Assembly (NCBI RefSeq): GCF_006345805.1
Contig: NC_042999.1
Coordinates: forward strand, 143,530,001-143,594,000
From: Octopus sinensis
Taxonomy: Eukaryota
Length of the DNA: 64,000 nt
Reading direction: 5' to 3'
Positions within the stretch are counted from its first letter, which is position 1. Every line of letters begins with the position of its first letter. The position numbers and the translations under genes are program-made. The notes under the pieces were generated by a model. That model worked only from the letters and a program-made list of their open reading frames with translations, was not told where the DNA came from and did no database searches. Below are positions 13,471 to 28,019 of the stretch, piece after piece.

Positions 13471-14833
13471 TCTAAATATTGTTTTCATATCTACATGCAT
13501 AATCTTCATGTTAATACATGTATACGATTGTCGAACGACCTTGCTACTGTATGCATAACAGAATGCCTGCCATTAAGAGGAACCTTTCTTTGATCACGTG
13601 ACTTGCTAGAAGTAGCGGACAAATCTTCATGTCACATTGTACTGTTATAAAAAGAGAAGGATTCGTTGGAAAATTATAGTTTTGGATACAAGACAAGGTG
13701 GTGTGGTCATGGCTGGAAAGCCTTTGAAGGTAGGTTTGCTCCATCAAGGTTAACTTGTAGTTGAACAACAACTAAAACAACACCATTTAAGATGTCAATA
13801 GTGACAATGCAGTTGATTAAAACAACTGGAAAAGCAGCAAACTGGCGGAATTATTAGAACGTCGAGTAGAATGTCTCGTAGTAGTTGTTCTAACTCTGCT
13901 CTTTAAGTTCAGATCTTTCCAAGATCAAATTTTTCTTTTCTTCTTTCGGGGTCAATAAAAAAAGTACTAACCTAGAGCGTTGGTTTATTGGAACTACCAG
14001 TTTTGGGTGAAACGCTTTGCAGCATGCGTTCCAATGTTTTGTGTTTTGACGCCAACACCTCCGAGGACACTCGTGTTATGTTGTATCGGCCTGTGTCGGT
14101 GGTATATCCCATGGATAAATATCAGTGGTGTTAGGAAGGAGCGACTTGCATTCACGGGCAACTGTTAGTTTTTCTCAAAACAATCTTGCCCTGGCCAGGT
14201 GGATAGTCAACATATGGCGCTGTCTGTGTCCCTGCATGGCTGCTGTACAGCTTATCGATAACGAAAAGAGAAACAAACACAACACCATCATGTTTTGAAC
14301 GGAGAACATAGACATAATTAAGATACTTAGTTCTTATTCAAGCCAACGCTGATTGAATAGACCCATAATCAAAGGTATTCCAACCGTGACCATCTACTAT
14401 CGGTTTTGTATATAAGATATTACATTGCTCAATACCTTGGAAGTGGGATTCAATGGAGGGAAATTGTACACAACTCATGAACGAAGCTAATGACTCTTAT
14501 TGAGAATCAGTGGTGGATATTTAAGATGGTAGGATATATGAATTGGGGGTAATTTCGCTGCTATAACCAGCAAGTTAGGCGACCACTAACAGGCTTCTCT
14601 GCTGGTTCGCCTTGACGACATGTTGTTATATAGGCGTAAGGTCACAGTTTAATTATAGGAAAGGAATAAAAATTGCGTGACATTAAAAAAAACGTGCACA
14701 GATTTATACGAATAGCAAATACATCAAATACATACTTGTAAGCACAATTTATATACTCACTCGCAGATACACAGAAACTCGCGCCCGCACAAACACATAC
14801 ACAAACTCGTGTATGTGTGTGTGTGTGTGTGTG

Positions 14834-14871
<38 letters not shown>

Positions 14872-15218
14872 TGTGTGTGTGTGTCTGTGTGTGTGTATTT
14901 GTGTGTAATGCTGACACTTGAATTTGTTTAATGGAAATACTTCTCAGTAGAAAGAAATGGGAGAGAAAGAGGAGGAGGAGGAGAAGAAGAAGAAGAAGAA
15001 GAAGAAGAAGAAGAAGAAGGGGAGGAGGAGGAGTTAGAATAACACTTAGATTTATTCTTAATGCGATGTTTATCAAGTAAACAGTTCGCATTTTCCCGTA
15101 TATATTGACACAAACACACACCTACACGCACACACAGATACACACGCATACATGCATGCCTCCATCCATCCACCAATACATACATATACACATACATAGA
15201 TACATGCATATATCTATA

Positions 15219-15252
<34 letters not shown>

Positions 15253-15845
15253 ATATATATATATATATATACATACATGCAAAAATACATATACATACAT
15301 CAGTATGTGTGCGTATATATATCTACATGTATACATATATAGATACACACACATATATGTTCATATATATATGTGTATATATATATATATATTATATATA
15401 TATATAATATATATATATATGCGTACATAACATACAAAGACAGTGGGTGTGTTGTGCAAGCAATGTAGCTCCGTGCACGCAATATACTTTAATTTGCAGT
15501 TGACACCTTCGCAACACGTTATACTTGAGCCGCACCTGATAAATTATGCAAATGTTTCTAGAAGTCTCCATCGATAATACACACACACACTCATACACAC
15601 ACGCACGCACACACAAACTCGCACGCACGCACACACACACACACACCACACACACACACACACAGATACCCGCCCGTATACATATACAAAAACACAGAAA
15701 GTGTGTTTGTTGCTATTGTTGTTGTTACCGTTGGAAGCCTGGAATGTTTCTGATAATGATGTTTCGTTGATTTTGGCCTAAATTTTTTCGCTAGATTTGC
15801 CAATTCCTTTTTTAGCTAGTTTCTACAATATACCAAAACCACTCG

Positions 15846-15923
<78 letters not shown>

Positions 15924-15945
15924 GCATTATTGTTATTGTTAATAA

Positions 15946-16339
15946 GGCGGCGAGCTGGCATAAACGTTAGCACGCCGGGCGAAATGCTCAGCAGTATTTC
16001 GTCTGCCGCTACGTTCTGAGTTCAAATTTCGCCGAGGTCGACTTTGCCTTTCATCCTTTCGGGGTCGATAAATTTAATCGATATAATCGACTTAATCGAT
16101 ATAATCGACTTAATCCGTTTGTCTGTCCTTGTTTGTCCTCTCTGTGTTTAGCCCCTTGTGGGTAGTAAAGGAATAGGTATTTCGTCTAACGTTACGTTCT
16201 GAGTTCAAATTCTGCTGAGGTCGACTTTGCCTTTCATCCTTTCGGGACGATAAATTAAGTACCAGTTGCGTACTGGGGTCGATCTAATCGACTAGTCCCC
16301 TCTCCCAAAATTTCAGGTCTTGTTCCTTTAGTAGAAAGG

Positions 16340-16340
<1 letters not shown>
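15946..16340 (+). mobile_element. SINE family A, tandem two-part copy within an ATT array
   Basis: ggcggcgagctggc head; central domain present twice. Confidence 0.85.
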
Positions 16341-16401
<61 letters not shown>

Positions 16402-16409
16402 CATTATTG

Positions 16410-16481
<72 letters not shown>

Positions 16482-16484
<3 letters not shown>

Positions 16485-17103
16485 GTTTGACTTTTGCTTT
16501 ATGTTTGTACAAGTTGGCTCCAAGTCTCACCCAGAGACCTCAAGAGACAACAGGTTGGAAGTTCGCGTTGTTGTTATGCCTAGTGTGCCATATATTTGGG
16601 TTGTTGTTTTTTTTTGGTTTTGTACTAGTGAATGTCTAATAAATAATTTTTTTTTAATTGTTTGTTTTAAACCTTGAGATTACATAGAGAGTATTTTGCG
16701 TAGGATATGAACAGTTTCCATGGGCACTATCTTTTGAATTTCGGCCATTTTGGGGTTTCCTGGTATCTGAGTTAGGTAGCAATCAGCCCCTTTCGCTATC
16801 ATTCCCAGGGCACCTATGACAACAGGTATTGTTTTAGTCTTCAGGTTCCACATTTTGCTGATTTCTATTTCAAGATCTTTATATTTGCTCAGTTTTTGGT
16901 AGGTCTTGACAGATACGTTTATATCGATTGGGACAGTCATATCAATGAGGAAGCATGTTCTTTGTCTGAAGTCTTTCAATATGATGTCTGGCCTATTTGC
17001 ATCTATCTTTCTGTCAGTTTGAATGGTGAAGTTCCAGAGGAGTGAAATGTGGTCATTTTCAAGCACTGGAGGTGGATTGTGTTCGCACCAGTTTTTTTTT
17101 CCT
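16482..17103 (-). mobile_element. R4/Dong-type non-LTR retrotransposon 3' fragment (restriction-like endonuclease)
   Basis: ORF 16680-17066: LLWNFTIQTDRKIDANRPDII..LIDMTVP..QKLSKYKDL..IPVVIGALG. (TAA)n arrays on both sides. Confidence 0.9.
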
Positions 17104-17129
17104 CATTATTATTATTATTATTATAATTA

Positions 17130-17170
<41 letters not shown>

Positions 17171-17182
17171 ATTATTATTATA

Positions 17183-17229
<47 letters not shown>

Positions 17230-17379
17230 TATTGTTGTTGTTGTTGTTGTTGTTGCTGCTGCTGTTGTTGTTGTTGTTGTTGTTGTTGCTGCTGCTGCTG
17301 TTGTTGTTGTTGTTGTTTTTGTTGTTTTTGTTGTTGTTGTTGTTGTTGTTGTTGTTAATAAGGCAGAACCGTTAGCACG

Positions 17380-17730
17380 TCGGGCGAAGTGCTTAGCGGT
17401 ATTTCGCTGCCGCTACGTTTTGAGTTCAAATTCCGTCGAGGTTGACTTTGTCTTTCATCCTTTCGGGGTCGATTAAATAAGTACTGGGGTCGATATAATC
17501 GACTTAATTTGCTTGGTTGTCCTTATTCGTCCCCTCTGTGTTTAGCCCCTTGTGGGCTGTAAAGAAATAGGTATTTTGCCTGTCGCTACGTCCTGAGTTC
17601 AAATTCCGCCGAGGTCGACTTTACCTTTCATTCTTTCGGGGTCGATAAAATAAGTACCAGTTGAGTACTGGGGTCAATGTAATCGACTTGTACCCTCCCC
17701 AAAAATTTCAGACCTTGCGCCTTTAGTAGA

Positions 17731-17732
<2 letters not shown>
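17380..17732 (+). mobile_element. SINE family A tandem copy
   Basis: ggcagaaccgttagcacgtcgggcgaag head; duplicated central domain; ends gcctttagtagaaag. Confidence 0.8.
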
Positions 17733-17777
<45 letters not shown>

Positions 17778-17796
<19 letters not shown>

Positions 17797-18803
17797 CTTT
17801 TTTCTTCTTCTTTCAAATTTGCTTCCATTTCTTGCCGAGTGTCTTCCCGACTCCTAGGGCAAAGAAACTCATAGTATACATTGGTAGGCCATTAAACTAA
17901 ACTCACTAGTTCGTTCATTTTTTTTTTAAAGTTAAATTAAAATACATGGGTAGTAATAGTTCTCACATCGACAATACTCTTCTCAATACGTGTGATGTAC
18001 CAGTTAAGACAATCTTTTGCACTTCTTGCAGGGATGGTAAGCCATGGATCATTCTCATATACTTTTCGGTTCCCTTCTTGATCATTCCTAGTGCTCCTAC
18101 GATGCCACATTTTCTCAATTTCAATGAGCAGGTCTTTATATTTTCTGAGCTTGTCAAACTCTTTCGCCGAGATATTATGATCATAGGGGATGCTCATGTC
18201 GATCAATAAGCAAACTTTATGGTTTGGGTCTTTCACAACAATATCCGGTTTATTGGCTTTGATGGTTCGGTCTGTATGTACTGGAAAGTCCCACAGAATC
18301 GTTACATTTTCTCCTTCAGTTACAGCCTCAGGGTGGTGATTATACCACTTGTCGGCAGTTTTGATATTGTAATGCCGACTTATTAGCCAGTGTAGATATT
18401 GGCCAACTCTGTCATGTCTTAATTTATACTCCACTGGTGCTAAGACTTTACATCCAGAGATTAGGTGGTCCACTGTTTCAATCATGTCGTTGCAGAATCG
18501 GCATTTTGGGTCTGCTCCATTTTTCATCACATTGGCCTGGTAGTTCCGGGTTAATAGGCTTTGATCTTGAGCAGCCAGGATGAAACCTTCGCTCTCTGCT
18601 TTTAGCCCTGAGCTCCGTAGCCACTGATGGGTTTGCTTCTTGTCAACATCAGCTTGTTTGCTACGGGCCGCGTATTTGCCGTGCAGAGGTTTCTCCTCCC
18701 ACCTATCAGCCAATTGCTCGTGCGCTTTTTTCGTTGCCATTATTTTCACCTTCTTTGCAACAATAGTTGCCGTACTTCCCTCGGGTTGTTCAGTTTGGGT
18801 ATC
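17778..18803 (-). mobile_element. Second R4/Dong-type element 3' fragment (CCHC knuckle plus RLE), frameshifted
   Basis: PLHGKY, AESEGFILAAQDQSL, CRFC..ETVDHLISGC, RHD, LWDFPVHTDRTIKANKPDIV, LIDMSIP. A small deletion after KMWH shifts to VGALGMIKK. (TAA)n on both sides. Confidence 0.9.
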
Positions 18804-19421
<618 letters not shown>

Positions 19422-19853
19422 TTTTATTATTATTATTGTCATTATCATTATTACTATTATTATAAGATATATTTGTATATGTATGCGTGAGTCTCTGCAT
19501 ATGTTTTGCGTTTACATATGGGAACAACTAGAGTGTTTATAATATTCAAGTCTATGTGTCTAAGTGTTTATGTATATACGAGGAATCCTGCAAACATATA
19601 CGTATGCTTTTGTAAATATGTATACATATATATGTATGTAGAACTATATATACATGTGTGTGTATGTGTGTGTATGTGTGTGTGTATGTGTGTGTATGTG
19701 TGTGTGTGTGCGTGTGTGTGTGTAGAATGTTGTCCAAACGCATGTATTACGTTGGATCAACAATACGTTTGTGTGTGTGCGTGTGTAGTTATACATACAA
19801 TATATATATATATATGTATACGTGTTTATATGTATACATACATTAATTATAGT

Positions 19854-19913
<60 letters not shown>

Positions 19914-20441
19914 ATATGTATATATATATATGTATATATATAGAGAGAGAGCACACCCACACACATACATGCATGCATACGTACCAATTTTATATATGTG
20001 TGTATGTAAATATAAATATGTGTGTGTCCTTGTGTTTGTGTGAACATACACACACATACGTACCGCCAGGAGAAGTGTCAAATCACGTGTATACGCTAAA
20101 CCTAGCTTTTGAAGACCATTCTAGAATTATATCACTGCCTAGTTGAAAGATATGCAAACCTGTTCCGTAAGATATAAGAAAATAATTATAAGGGAAAACG
20201 TAAAAGTTTTCCAAAAAGTATATATCTATTTTGTAGACAGGTGTATGGTAAATATTATGGAGGTCTAGGGTAAATAGTAAGATGATGAATGGGTAAATAC
20301 CGCGTCGGCGTGAGGTAAATATAGGAGCATCTGAACATCTGCCTTAAATAGTGAAATGCTATGTACCTTGCAGTATATTTACATTTTATTACTTCTCACT
20401 GGATAGAAGACTGGATCTTGATACTGTGGAAAAAAAACAAA

Positions 20442-20486
<45 letters not shown>

Positions 20487-21665
20487 ATAAATGAATGAAA
20501 AAAGGAAAAGAAAAAGGATGGAAGAAATGCATAAACTGCAAATTATCATGGGGTCAGTCTCTGCCTGGGTGCGCGGAGGACTGCGTTGCTCTTACAGTGT
20601 GCAACCAAGAGAGATATCGGAGGTTCCTGAGTCTAACACACCATCCAGTTTAAGGGAGACTTAGTTCAAGAAGAGACGCTCGGCATGATCGAATAGCTGC
20701 TAAATCTCGCTTAAATCACATTCAACATAACTCCTTGCAAAAAGGATACATTGGGTAGTATAAACATATACAAATAAGACGGAATGATCATGGTTAGAAC
20801 ACCTTTGGTCTTAAATGTATTCACTCAGAATTGACGAGTAGCTAAATAACATTACTCACCGGCTCCTTGAAAATTTTTACCCTGTGTTCATTGACCATTT
20901 GGGTGGGCGTCAGAGTCGCACCAGTTTCACTAAACTGGAAGAAACTACAAAGGTACTAATGTCCGCTGGATAACGTTCTGTTTTAAATCAGCAATCGGCA
21001 GTGACATTGAAAATTCAACGACAGGGCCCACCTAATTCTCAATAAGTAGCACATGGCGACGTAATTCATCATAGGAACAGTGATGCCGTTCGTTAATGTG
21101 CATCACTGAGGTTTTCAGCTCAGTTCTTTACCACAGGAAAAATTAACATTTGTCACGGCAAAGTCCTATCAAAGTGGATATCACTTTCTGACAGTTAATG
21201 TCACACAGACTGAAGAATAAACAACGACCCTGTGTATAATAAAGATCTAAAATAATCTCCTGGTAGTTCTGTGCTCTGTCAATCTAATCACTGTGCGTAG
21301 TCGAATGATCAGAAGTTGTTTTACTATCATTATCTTTACTTTTTCAGTCATTGGATTGCGACCTCACTGAGGTACCGCCTTGAAGAGTTGTTGAGCAAAT
21401 CAACCCCAGTACTTACTTTTTAGAGTGGTAGTTATTCCATATCAGCAATACGAAACAGCTGTAAAAAAACAAGACTTCATTTAATCATTTATTTGAATAC
21501 GCAAATTTCCGTGTGAATACATTCCTTACATCACCTACTGTTTGCTTGCCTTTTTTACTTCCGTATCAACTCGACGATGATCTTTCACATAGCCAACTTC
21601 CTATCTCAGTGCTACCTGCTCCAGATGAGGAAGGAGTTTAAGTTTAATCGAATACTACTTGGTGA

Positions 21666-22072
21666 CTGGCGGCGAGCTGGCAGAAACATTAGCACGCCGG
21701 GAGAAATGCTCAGCGGTATTTCGTCTGCCGTTACGTTGTGAGTTCAAATTCCGCCGAGGTCGACTTTGCCTTTCATCCTTTCGGGGTCGATGAATTAAGT
21801 ACCAGTTACGCACTGGGGTCGATGTAATCGACTAAATACCTATGTCTGTCCTTGTTTGTCCCCTCTGTGTTTAGCCCCTTGTGGGTAATAATGAAATAGG
21901 TATTTCGTCTGCCGCTACGTTCTGAGTTCAAATTCCGCCAAGGTTGACTTTGCCTTTCATCCTCTCGGAGTCGATTAAATAAGTACCAGTTACGCACTGG
22001 TGTCGATATAATCGACTTAATCCGTTTGTCTGTCGTTGTTTGTCCCCTGTGTTTAGCCCCTTGTTGGCAGTA
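21666..22072 (+). mobile_element. SINE family A tandem dimer
   Basis: ggcggcgagctggcagaaac head; body repeated twice, ending tttagccccttg. Confidence 0.85.
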
Positions 22073-22150
22073 ACTATACCACACTAACGTTCTATAACAC
22101 GTTATATATACATGTGAATATATGTGTGCGTGTGTGTATCTATCTATCTA

Positions 22151-22229
<79 letters not shown>

Positions 22230-22306
22230 ATATATATTGATAAAAAATGGTTAGGCAGCAAAAGAAAGAAAGAGACCTCGATATTATGTAAATAGGGTAA
22301 TTTATC

Positions 22307-22581
22307 TGTAAATGTAATATGTGACAATTATTCGGTAGCCATGATAAAACTCCGAGTTTCGGATGCCGAGGTGGAAATTCACGCCGCTATCTCTTCAGTT
22401 ATCCGGCCATCCGAAAAATGCTATGAAAAATGAATTTTTCCTTTGTATAACGGTCATTTTTCATAACATTTTCTCCGATGGCTGGATAACTGTAGAGATG
22501 GCGGCGTGGATTTCCACCTCGACATCCGAAACTTGGAGTTTTATCATGGCTACCGAATAATTGTGACATATTAAATTTGCA
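22307..22581. repeat. Inverted repeat (arms 22307-22433 and 22454-22581), each arm with an HHR-like motif
   Basis: Arms are reverse complements. Minus HHR 22343-22403: gataa-CTGAAGA..c-GAAA-ctcggag-TT-ttatc. Plus copy 22485-22545 has CTGTAGA. Confidence 0.75.
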
Positions 22582-22670
22582 TATATATATATATATAAAA
22601 CTTTTTGTATTCTCTCTCTCTCTTTTATTCTCATTCGTTTTATTCTCTCTCTGTTTATTTTCTCGTATTC

Positions 22671-22712
22671 CTTTCTGTTGAAGAGCGTAGGCTCTAAACG
22701 TAAAAGACTTTC
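22671..22712 (+). ncRNA. Degenerate minimal HHR-like motif (related copy at 61441-61478)
   Basis: cttt-ctgttga-a-gagc gtag gctc-taaa-cg-ta-aaag. Core positions are mutated in both copies. Confidence 0.35.
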
Positions 22713-23317
22713 TCACCTTCCCGAGTGTTAAACTAAAACACCTGTTTGTTGTTTATACACCTGTCTTCATCTTTTTTTTTTGTAAATTCCAACTATATAT
22801 GTGCGTATGTGCACGTGTGTGTGCGTGCACGTGTGTGTGCGCGCGCGCACCTGTGTGTGGATTTGTATACGTGTACATGCATGGTTGTATACATATGTGC
22901 ATCTATTTTGGCGTATGTGTGGGTTCGCATGTGTGTGTTTCATGCGAGTCTGAGTGAGCATTTGCATATAGGCACATGTACGTGGGTGTGGGTGCGCGCA
23001 TGTGTATGTATGTACATGCGCTCACACGCGTTAATGTCCTGTAATTTGCATTTGTATTTGTGTAGCATTTCTCCGCTTTTTTCCGTCCTTGTTTTCGCAT
23101 ACATTCGCTGCTTTCTACCAAAGAATCTAGTGCTCTTAGCTTAGATTTTCCTTGGGGCTGGCCAGATTGGAGCAGTCACGAATATAACCAGCCGAAACTG
23201 CAAAGATAATCTGGAACTCGACTGACGAAAGAAAATTCCCGATGACCCATCCTTGTTTTTTTGTTGTCTCTGTATTCTTTTTTATATACATATAGCAGCG
23301 TACGTACACTTTGGTCT

Positions 23318-23355
<38 letters not shown>

Positions 23356-23816
23356 TAAATAAAATAAGAAATATGCATATATATAAACATATATGTACGT
23401 ACCTACCTCTACATGTACATATACACGCATATATGAGTACAGGACACCAAAAAGGACGTCGAACACAATGAGAAACGAAAACATAGACACAACCCAAAGG
23501 AACTGGACATTTAATTAAAAACAGCAAAAAAAATAGAATACAGGACAATTAACACAAAGAAAAAACCCCTTCTTCAGTAGCTAAAGCTTTCATCTACTCT
23601 ACGTTTCGAAGGATAAAAGCGAGACGTATCTTCGACAAGAAAACTTTCCTTCCTGCGAAAAGCAAATCAATTAAAATTCTGAGATCTTTTCGCAGAGGGG
23701 TAAAAAATAGTAACAACATGACAGTAACGACAGTGCAAATTGTAAACAGTATAAGACAGGACAAGGAAAACAAGAAGGGCTGTTGACGCCGAACGAAGAA
23801 AAGTATTGCAAACGCA

Positions 23817-23891
<75 letters not shown>

Positions 23892-23924
23892 ATATTATAT
23901 ATATATTATTTTATTTTATTTTAT

Positions 23925-25993
23925 TTAGTTTCAGCTCACAAGCTGTGGCCATGCTGGGGCACCGCCATTTGGTGTTGCTACATGATTTTACTTCACGAAT
24001 GCTTTTTAGCAAATGCCATCTGGTGCATGAGAGAGTTCGATGCAGCTGCCCTCATCTGCACCTCCTGCCGTGAAGTTGGTTCATCTAGGACACCTGACAA
24101 GAAGAGATTCAGTTTCATTTTAAAGACTTCTGCATCCACCCCATGCAGGTCTCTTAGGTTCTTCGGGAGGATATTGAAGAGCTGTGGGCCTCGGAAACCC
24201 AGGCTATCACAGTATCTTGTCCTACATCTTGATGGCAAATTTGGAGTCCTTGGCACTATGCAGTGGCGCCCAGTTCTAGCATTTGTGTAACTCTCGATGC
24301 CAAAGTTTGGGACAAGTCCTTCTAGGATCTTCCAGATGTATATTATGGCATATCTTTCTCGCCTACGCTCTAAGGAATAGAGTCTCAGTCTCTTGAGTCT
24401 TTCCCAATAGATTATATGCTGCACAGAGGCTATCTTCTTCGTGTAGCTTCGTTGGATCGCCTCAAGTTCTGTGATTAACTTGACACTGGATGGTGACCAT
24501 AGCTAAGAGCAATAGTCAAAGTGGCTTAGGACAAGTGTCCTCCAGAGGACCATCATGGTTTCCTGGTCTCTTGTTCTAAAGGTTCTAAGAATCCATCCGG
24601 TCAGCCGCCTACATTTCATTGCCAATTTAGCAACATGCACATGAAAGGTTGCATCATCACTCATGTAAATACCCAGGTCTCGCACTGATTGTGCCTCTGG
24701 GATTGCAATCCCTCCAGGTCCAGTGTATTTATTGGGTATTGCATTTAGTTTTGCATGCTGATAGTATAAAGCTTGAAACTTTTCAGCATTGAACTGCATG
24801 CTATTCTTTTCAGCCCACTTGTATATTTTGTCCAGCTCACATTGCAGGTGCTTAGCGTCTTCAGGGTTCTGTATTGCCTGTGAAACTTTTGTTTCATCTG
24901 CATAACTTGTGATCGTGGCACTCTGCGTGGCTGAGGGATGTCTGAGAGGGCCATTATGAACAGTAATGGTCCCAGAACAGTGCCTTGTGGAACACCGCTC
25001 ACTATTTGCGTGTTAATGGAAGTGGCCCTATTGGCTACTACCACCTGACTTCTATCCTTCAGAAAGTCATGAAGCCATTCTCCCAATTTTCCAACTATGC
25101 CAAGATCACGCAGTTTGTGACATATCATTCCATGATCGACTTTATCAAAGGCCTTTGCAAAGTCGAGATATATGACTTCCACATTTGAGTAGTTGAGCAG
25201 TCGTTTCAGCACCCAGTCATAGTGTTGTAGGAGCTGAGTTAAGCAGCTTTTTCCTGGTCGGAAACCATGTTGGGTGTCAGGCAGCAAGTCATTTTCTTCA
25301 TGGAAGGGGATTAGTTTCCTTCTGACTATTCGTTCCATGAATTTGCTGATGTGTGAGGTCAGAGAGATAGGTCTGTAGTTCTTGGCCTCCGCTCTGCTAC
25401 CTCCTTTATGAATAGGGCATATTTTACCTTCCTTCAGTTTTCTTGGAAGTTTGCCGGTTGCAAGGAAGCTCTGAAAGAGGAACTGCAGTGGTCTTGCTAG
25501 GACTCTCTTACATACTTTTAGAAGGATTGCTGGGAATCCATCGGGGCCAGTAGCTGAGTTTGTTTTTATTTCATCAATAGCCTTTATTACATCGTCTTCC
25601 TTTATATTGATGTAATCAATCATCGCTGCCTCTGATTTTATATCTGCAGTGGTGAAGAAGTCAGTTGGATTGCTGACTTGAAAATGCCCTAGGGGTGGAG
25701 TGAAAATACTCTTGAATTGCTCATTTAGTATTTCACTTACCCTCATTGGATTTCCTGTGAGTGTGCCATCCTTTTCAAGGAGTGGCCCTATCTTACAGTG
25801 CACCGTAGCTGTTTCTTTGGCATACCTGTAGAGAGCTCTGGGGTTAGATTTTATGTTGTCTATAGCCCAAGCTTCTTTGTCTGCTCTTTCTTTTTCATGG
25901 GAGAGTTGCAGACATTTTTCAATTTTCAACAGTTTTATTTTCAGGCGGGACTTTTCACTGCTTTCAATTTGTTTGTTTAGGCGATTTGAAACT
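23925..25993 (-). mobile_element. CR1/L2-group LINE, 5'-truncated, with frameshifts and stops
   Basis: NSATGPDGFP, YRPISLTSHISK, QHGFRPGKSCLTQLL, YLDFAKAFDKVDH, SGVPQGTVLGPLLF, YADET, RLYSLERRRERY. 3' end has a stem-loop plus (TAAAA)n. Confidence 0.93.
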
Positions 25994-26019
25994 TTTGTAT
26001 ATATACATATACATATATA

Positions 26020-26064
<45 letters not shown>

Positions 26065-26093
26065 TATATATATATACATACACATATACACAA

Positions 26094-26310
26094 TGCAACG
26101 AGCTGGCAGAAACCTTAGCACGCCGGGCGATATGCTTAGCGGTATTTCGTCTGCTGTTACGTTCTGAGTTCAAGTTTCGCGGTGGTCGACTTTGCCTTTC
26201 ATCCTTTCGGGGTCCATAAATTAAGTACCAGTTACGCACAGGGGTCGATCTAATCGACTGCCCCCCCCCTCTCCCAAAATTTCGTGCCTTGTGCCTAGAG
26301 TAGAAAAGTA
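26094..26310 (+). mobile_element. SINE family A
   Basis: gcaacgagctggcagaaaccttagcacgccggg head, central domain and ctcccaaaatttc tail. Confidence 0.85.
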
Positions 26311-26645
26311 TATATGTGTGTGTGTGTACATATATATATGTACATACATACATACATATATATATATATATAAACACGCACACACAGCAACACACCACAA
26401 ACAGCCGGCAATGAACCTAAATTTTACAAACTATGCATACAATTTAATACAAAAGGTAAGATCAAATACAATGTGCCATACCTGACAGGACACAAAAATA
26501 AATAAACGGAAAGTAGATTATGAAATATAAAGAGTTGAATCACTGAGATGGACGTGGAGGATAGAGAAACTATAGAGAGAAAGAAATATTGGAATGTGTG
26601 TCTGTGTGTAAGTCATCTAATAGTCCATAATCAAGAATGGAATAT

Positions 26646-26780
<135 letters not shown>

Positions 26781-27155
26781 GTAGGCGTGGCTGTGTGGTA
26801 AGAAGCTTGCTTCCCAACCACATGTTTTCCGGGTTCAGTTCCACTGCTTGGTACCTTGGGCAAATATCTTCTAGTATAGCCTCGGACCGACAAAAGCCTT
26901 GTGAGTGGATTTGGTAGACGGAAGCTGAAAGAAGCCCGTCGTATGTCTATATTTGAGTGTTTGTGTTTCTGTTTGTCCATCGCTTGACAACCAATCAATC
27001 TTGGTGTGTTTACGTCCCCGCAACTTAGCATTTCGACAAACGACACCGATAGAATATGTACCAGGCTTACAAAGAATAAGTCCAGAGGTCAATTTCTTCG
27101 ACTAAAAGGTGGTGATACAGTATGGCTACTGTCAAAACGACTGAAACAAGCTAGA
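26781..27155 (+). mobile_element. SINE family B, full length
   Basis: gtaggcgtggctgtgtggtaagaagcttgc head, accttgggcaa core, tail ..gactgaaacaag. Confidence 0.85.
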
Positions 27156-27201
27156 GAATAAATATATACAAAAACAATATATGTATATATATATACATAT
27201 A

Positions 27202-27247
<46 letters not shown>

Positions 27248-27560
27248 TAATATATATATTGTTTTTGTATATATTTATTCTTTTACTTGTTTCCGTCATA
27301 TATATATGTGTGTGTGTGTGGATGTATGTATGTATATGTATATATATTGAAAAGGTTGCATGACGCAACGAAAATTTTAAGAAAAGAAAATATATGAGGG
27401 GAAACTTTACCAGTTAGTGTGTGAGATAATAAGGCACTTAAAGAGAATGACTTTCCCCAGATGCAACAAAATATGCTTCAACACAGGAACTCACATAAAG
27501 AATCCAAAAAGGATTTATATATATAAAGTGATGTTTTGTTACCAACCCAATGTGGCAACT

Positions 27561-27821
27561 TATTTAGCCCCAAGAAACACCGTTTCTAGTTGGCTACGTG
27601 ACACAAGCATTCTGTGTCCTTGGGTTTTCAAACAAGGGAGATAAGCACCTCCACCCGACAAAGCTACCATACAGAGACTAGTTTCAGGGTAGTTGCCCTT
27701 CATCAGTCTGGAGTAGCTTCGCCTTGCTAGCTGTCGGTGCTAAATCGGTGTTGAAAATTTAAGGACAAAGAAAGCTTGTGTCACGTAGCCAACTAGAAAT
27801 GGTGTTTCTTGGGGCTAAATA
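27561..27821. repeat. Fold-back element (arms 27561-27621 and 27761-27821) with an HHR at its apex
   Basis: Arms tatttagccccaagaaacacc..gtcctt and aaggac..ggggctaaata, with further nested pairing inside. Confidence 0.8.
27672..27710 (-). ncRNA. Minimal type I hammerhead ribozyme
   Basis: caga-CTGATGA-aggg caacta ccct-GAAA-ctag-TC-tctg. Palindromic stem III (dimer-type), GUC triplet. Confidence 0.85.
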
Positions 27822-27956
27822 GCAGTAGCGTTCTTCCCTTTCCTGGGACTACGACATTAAGTTGGCAACAAAAATCATTTTATCGTGCTGCTACTGCATA
27901 ACTCTCTCAGATATTTAGAAATGCAATGTTTCTAATTTTGATACATGCATACGTAC

Positions 27957-28018
<62 letters not shown>

Positions 28019-28019
28019 T

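Noticed and set aside
23150-23250. ccagccgaaac..ctgacga HHR-like words
   Set aside because: Order and pairing do not close stems I and II in any HHR topology.
23565-23640. Minus-strand ccttcgaaacgta..ctgaagaagggg as a type II HHR
   Set aside because: Stem I does not pair in register.
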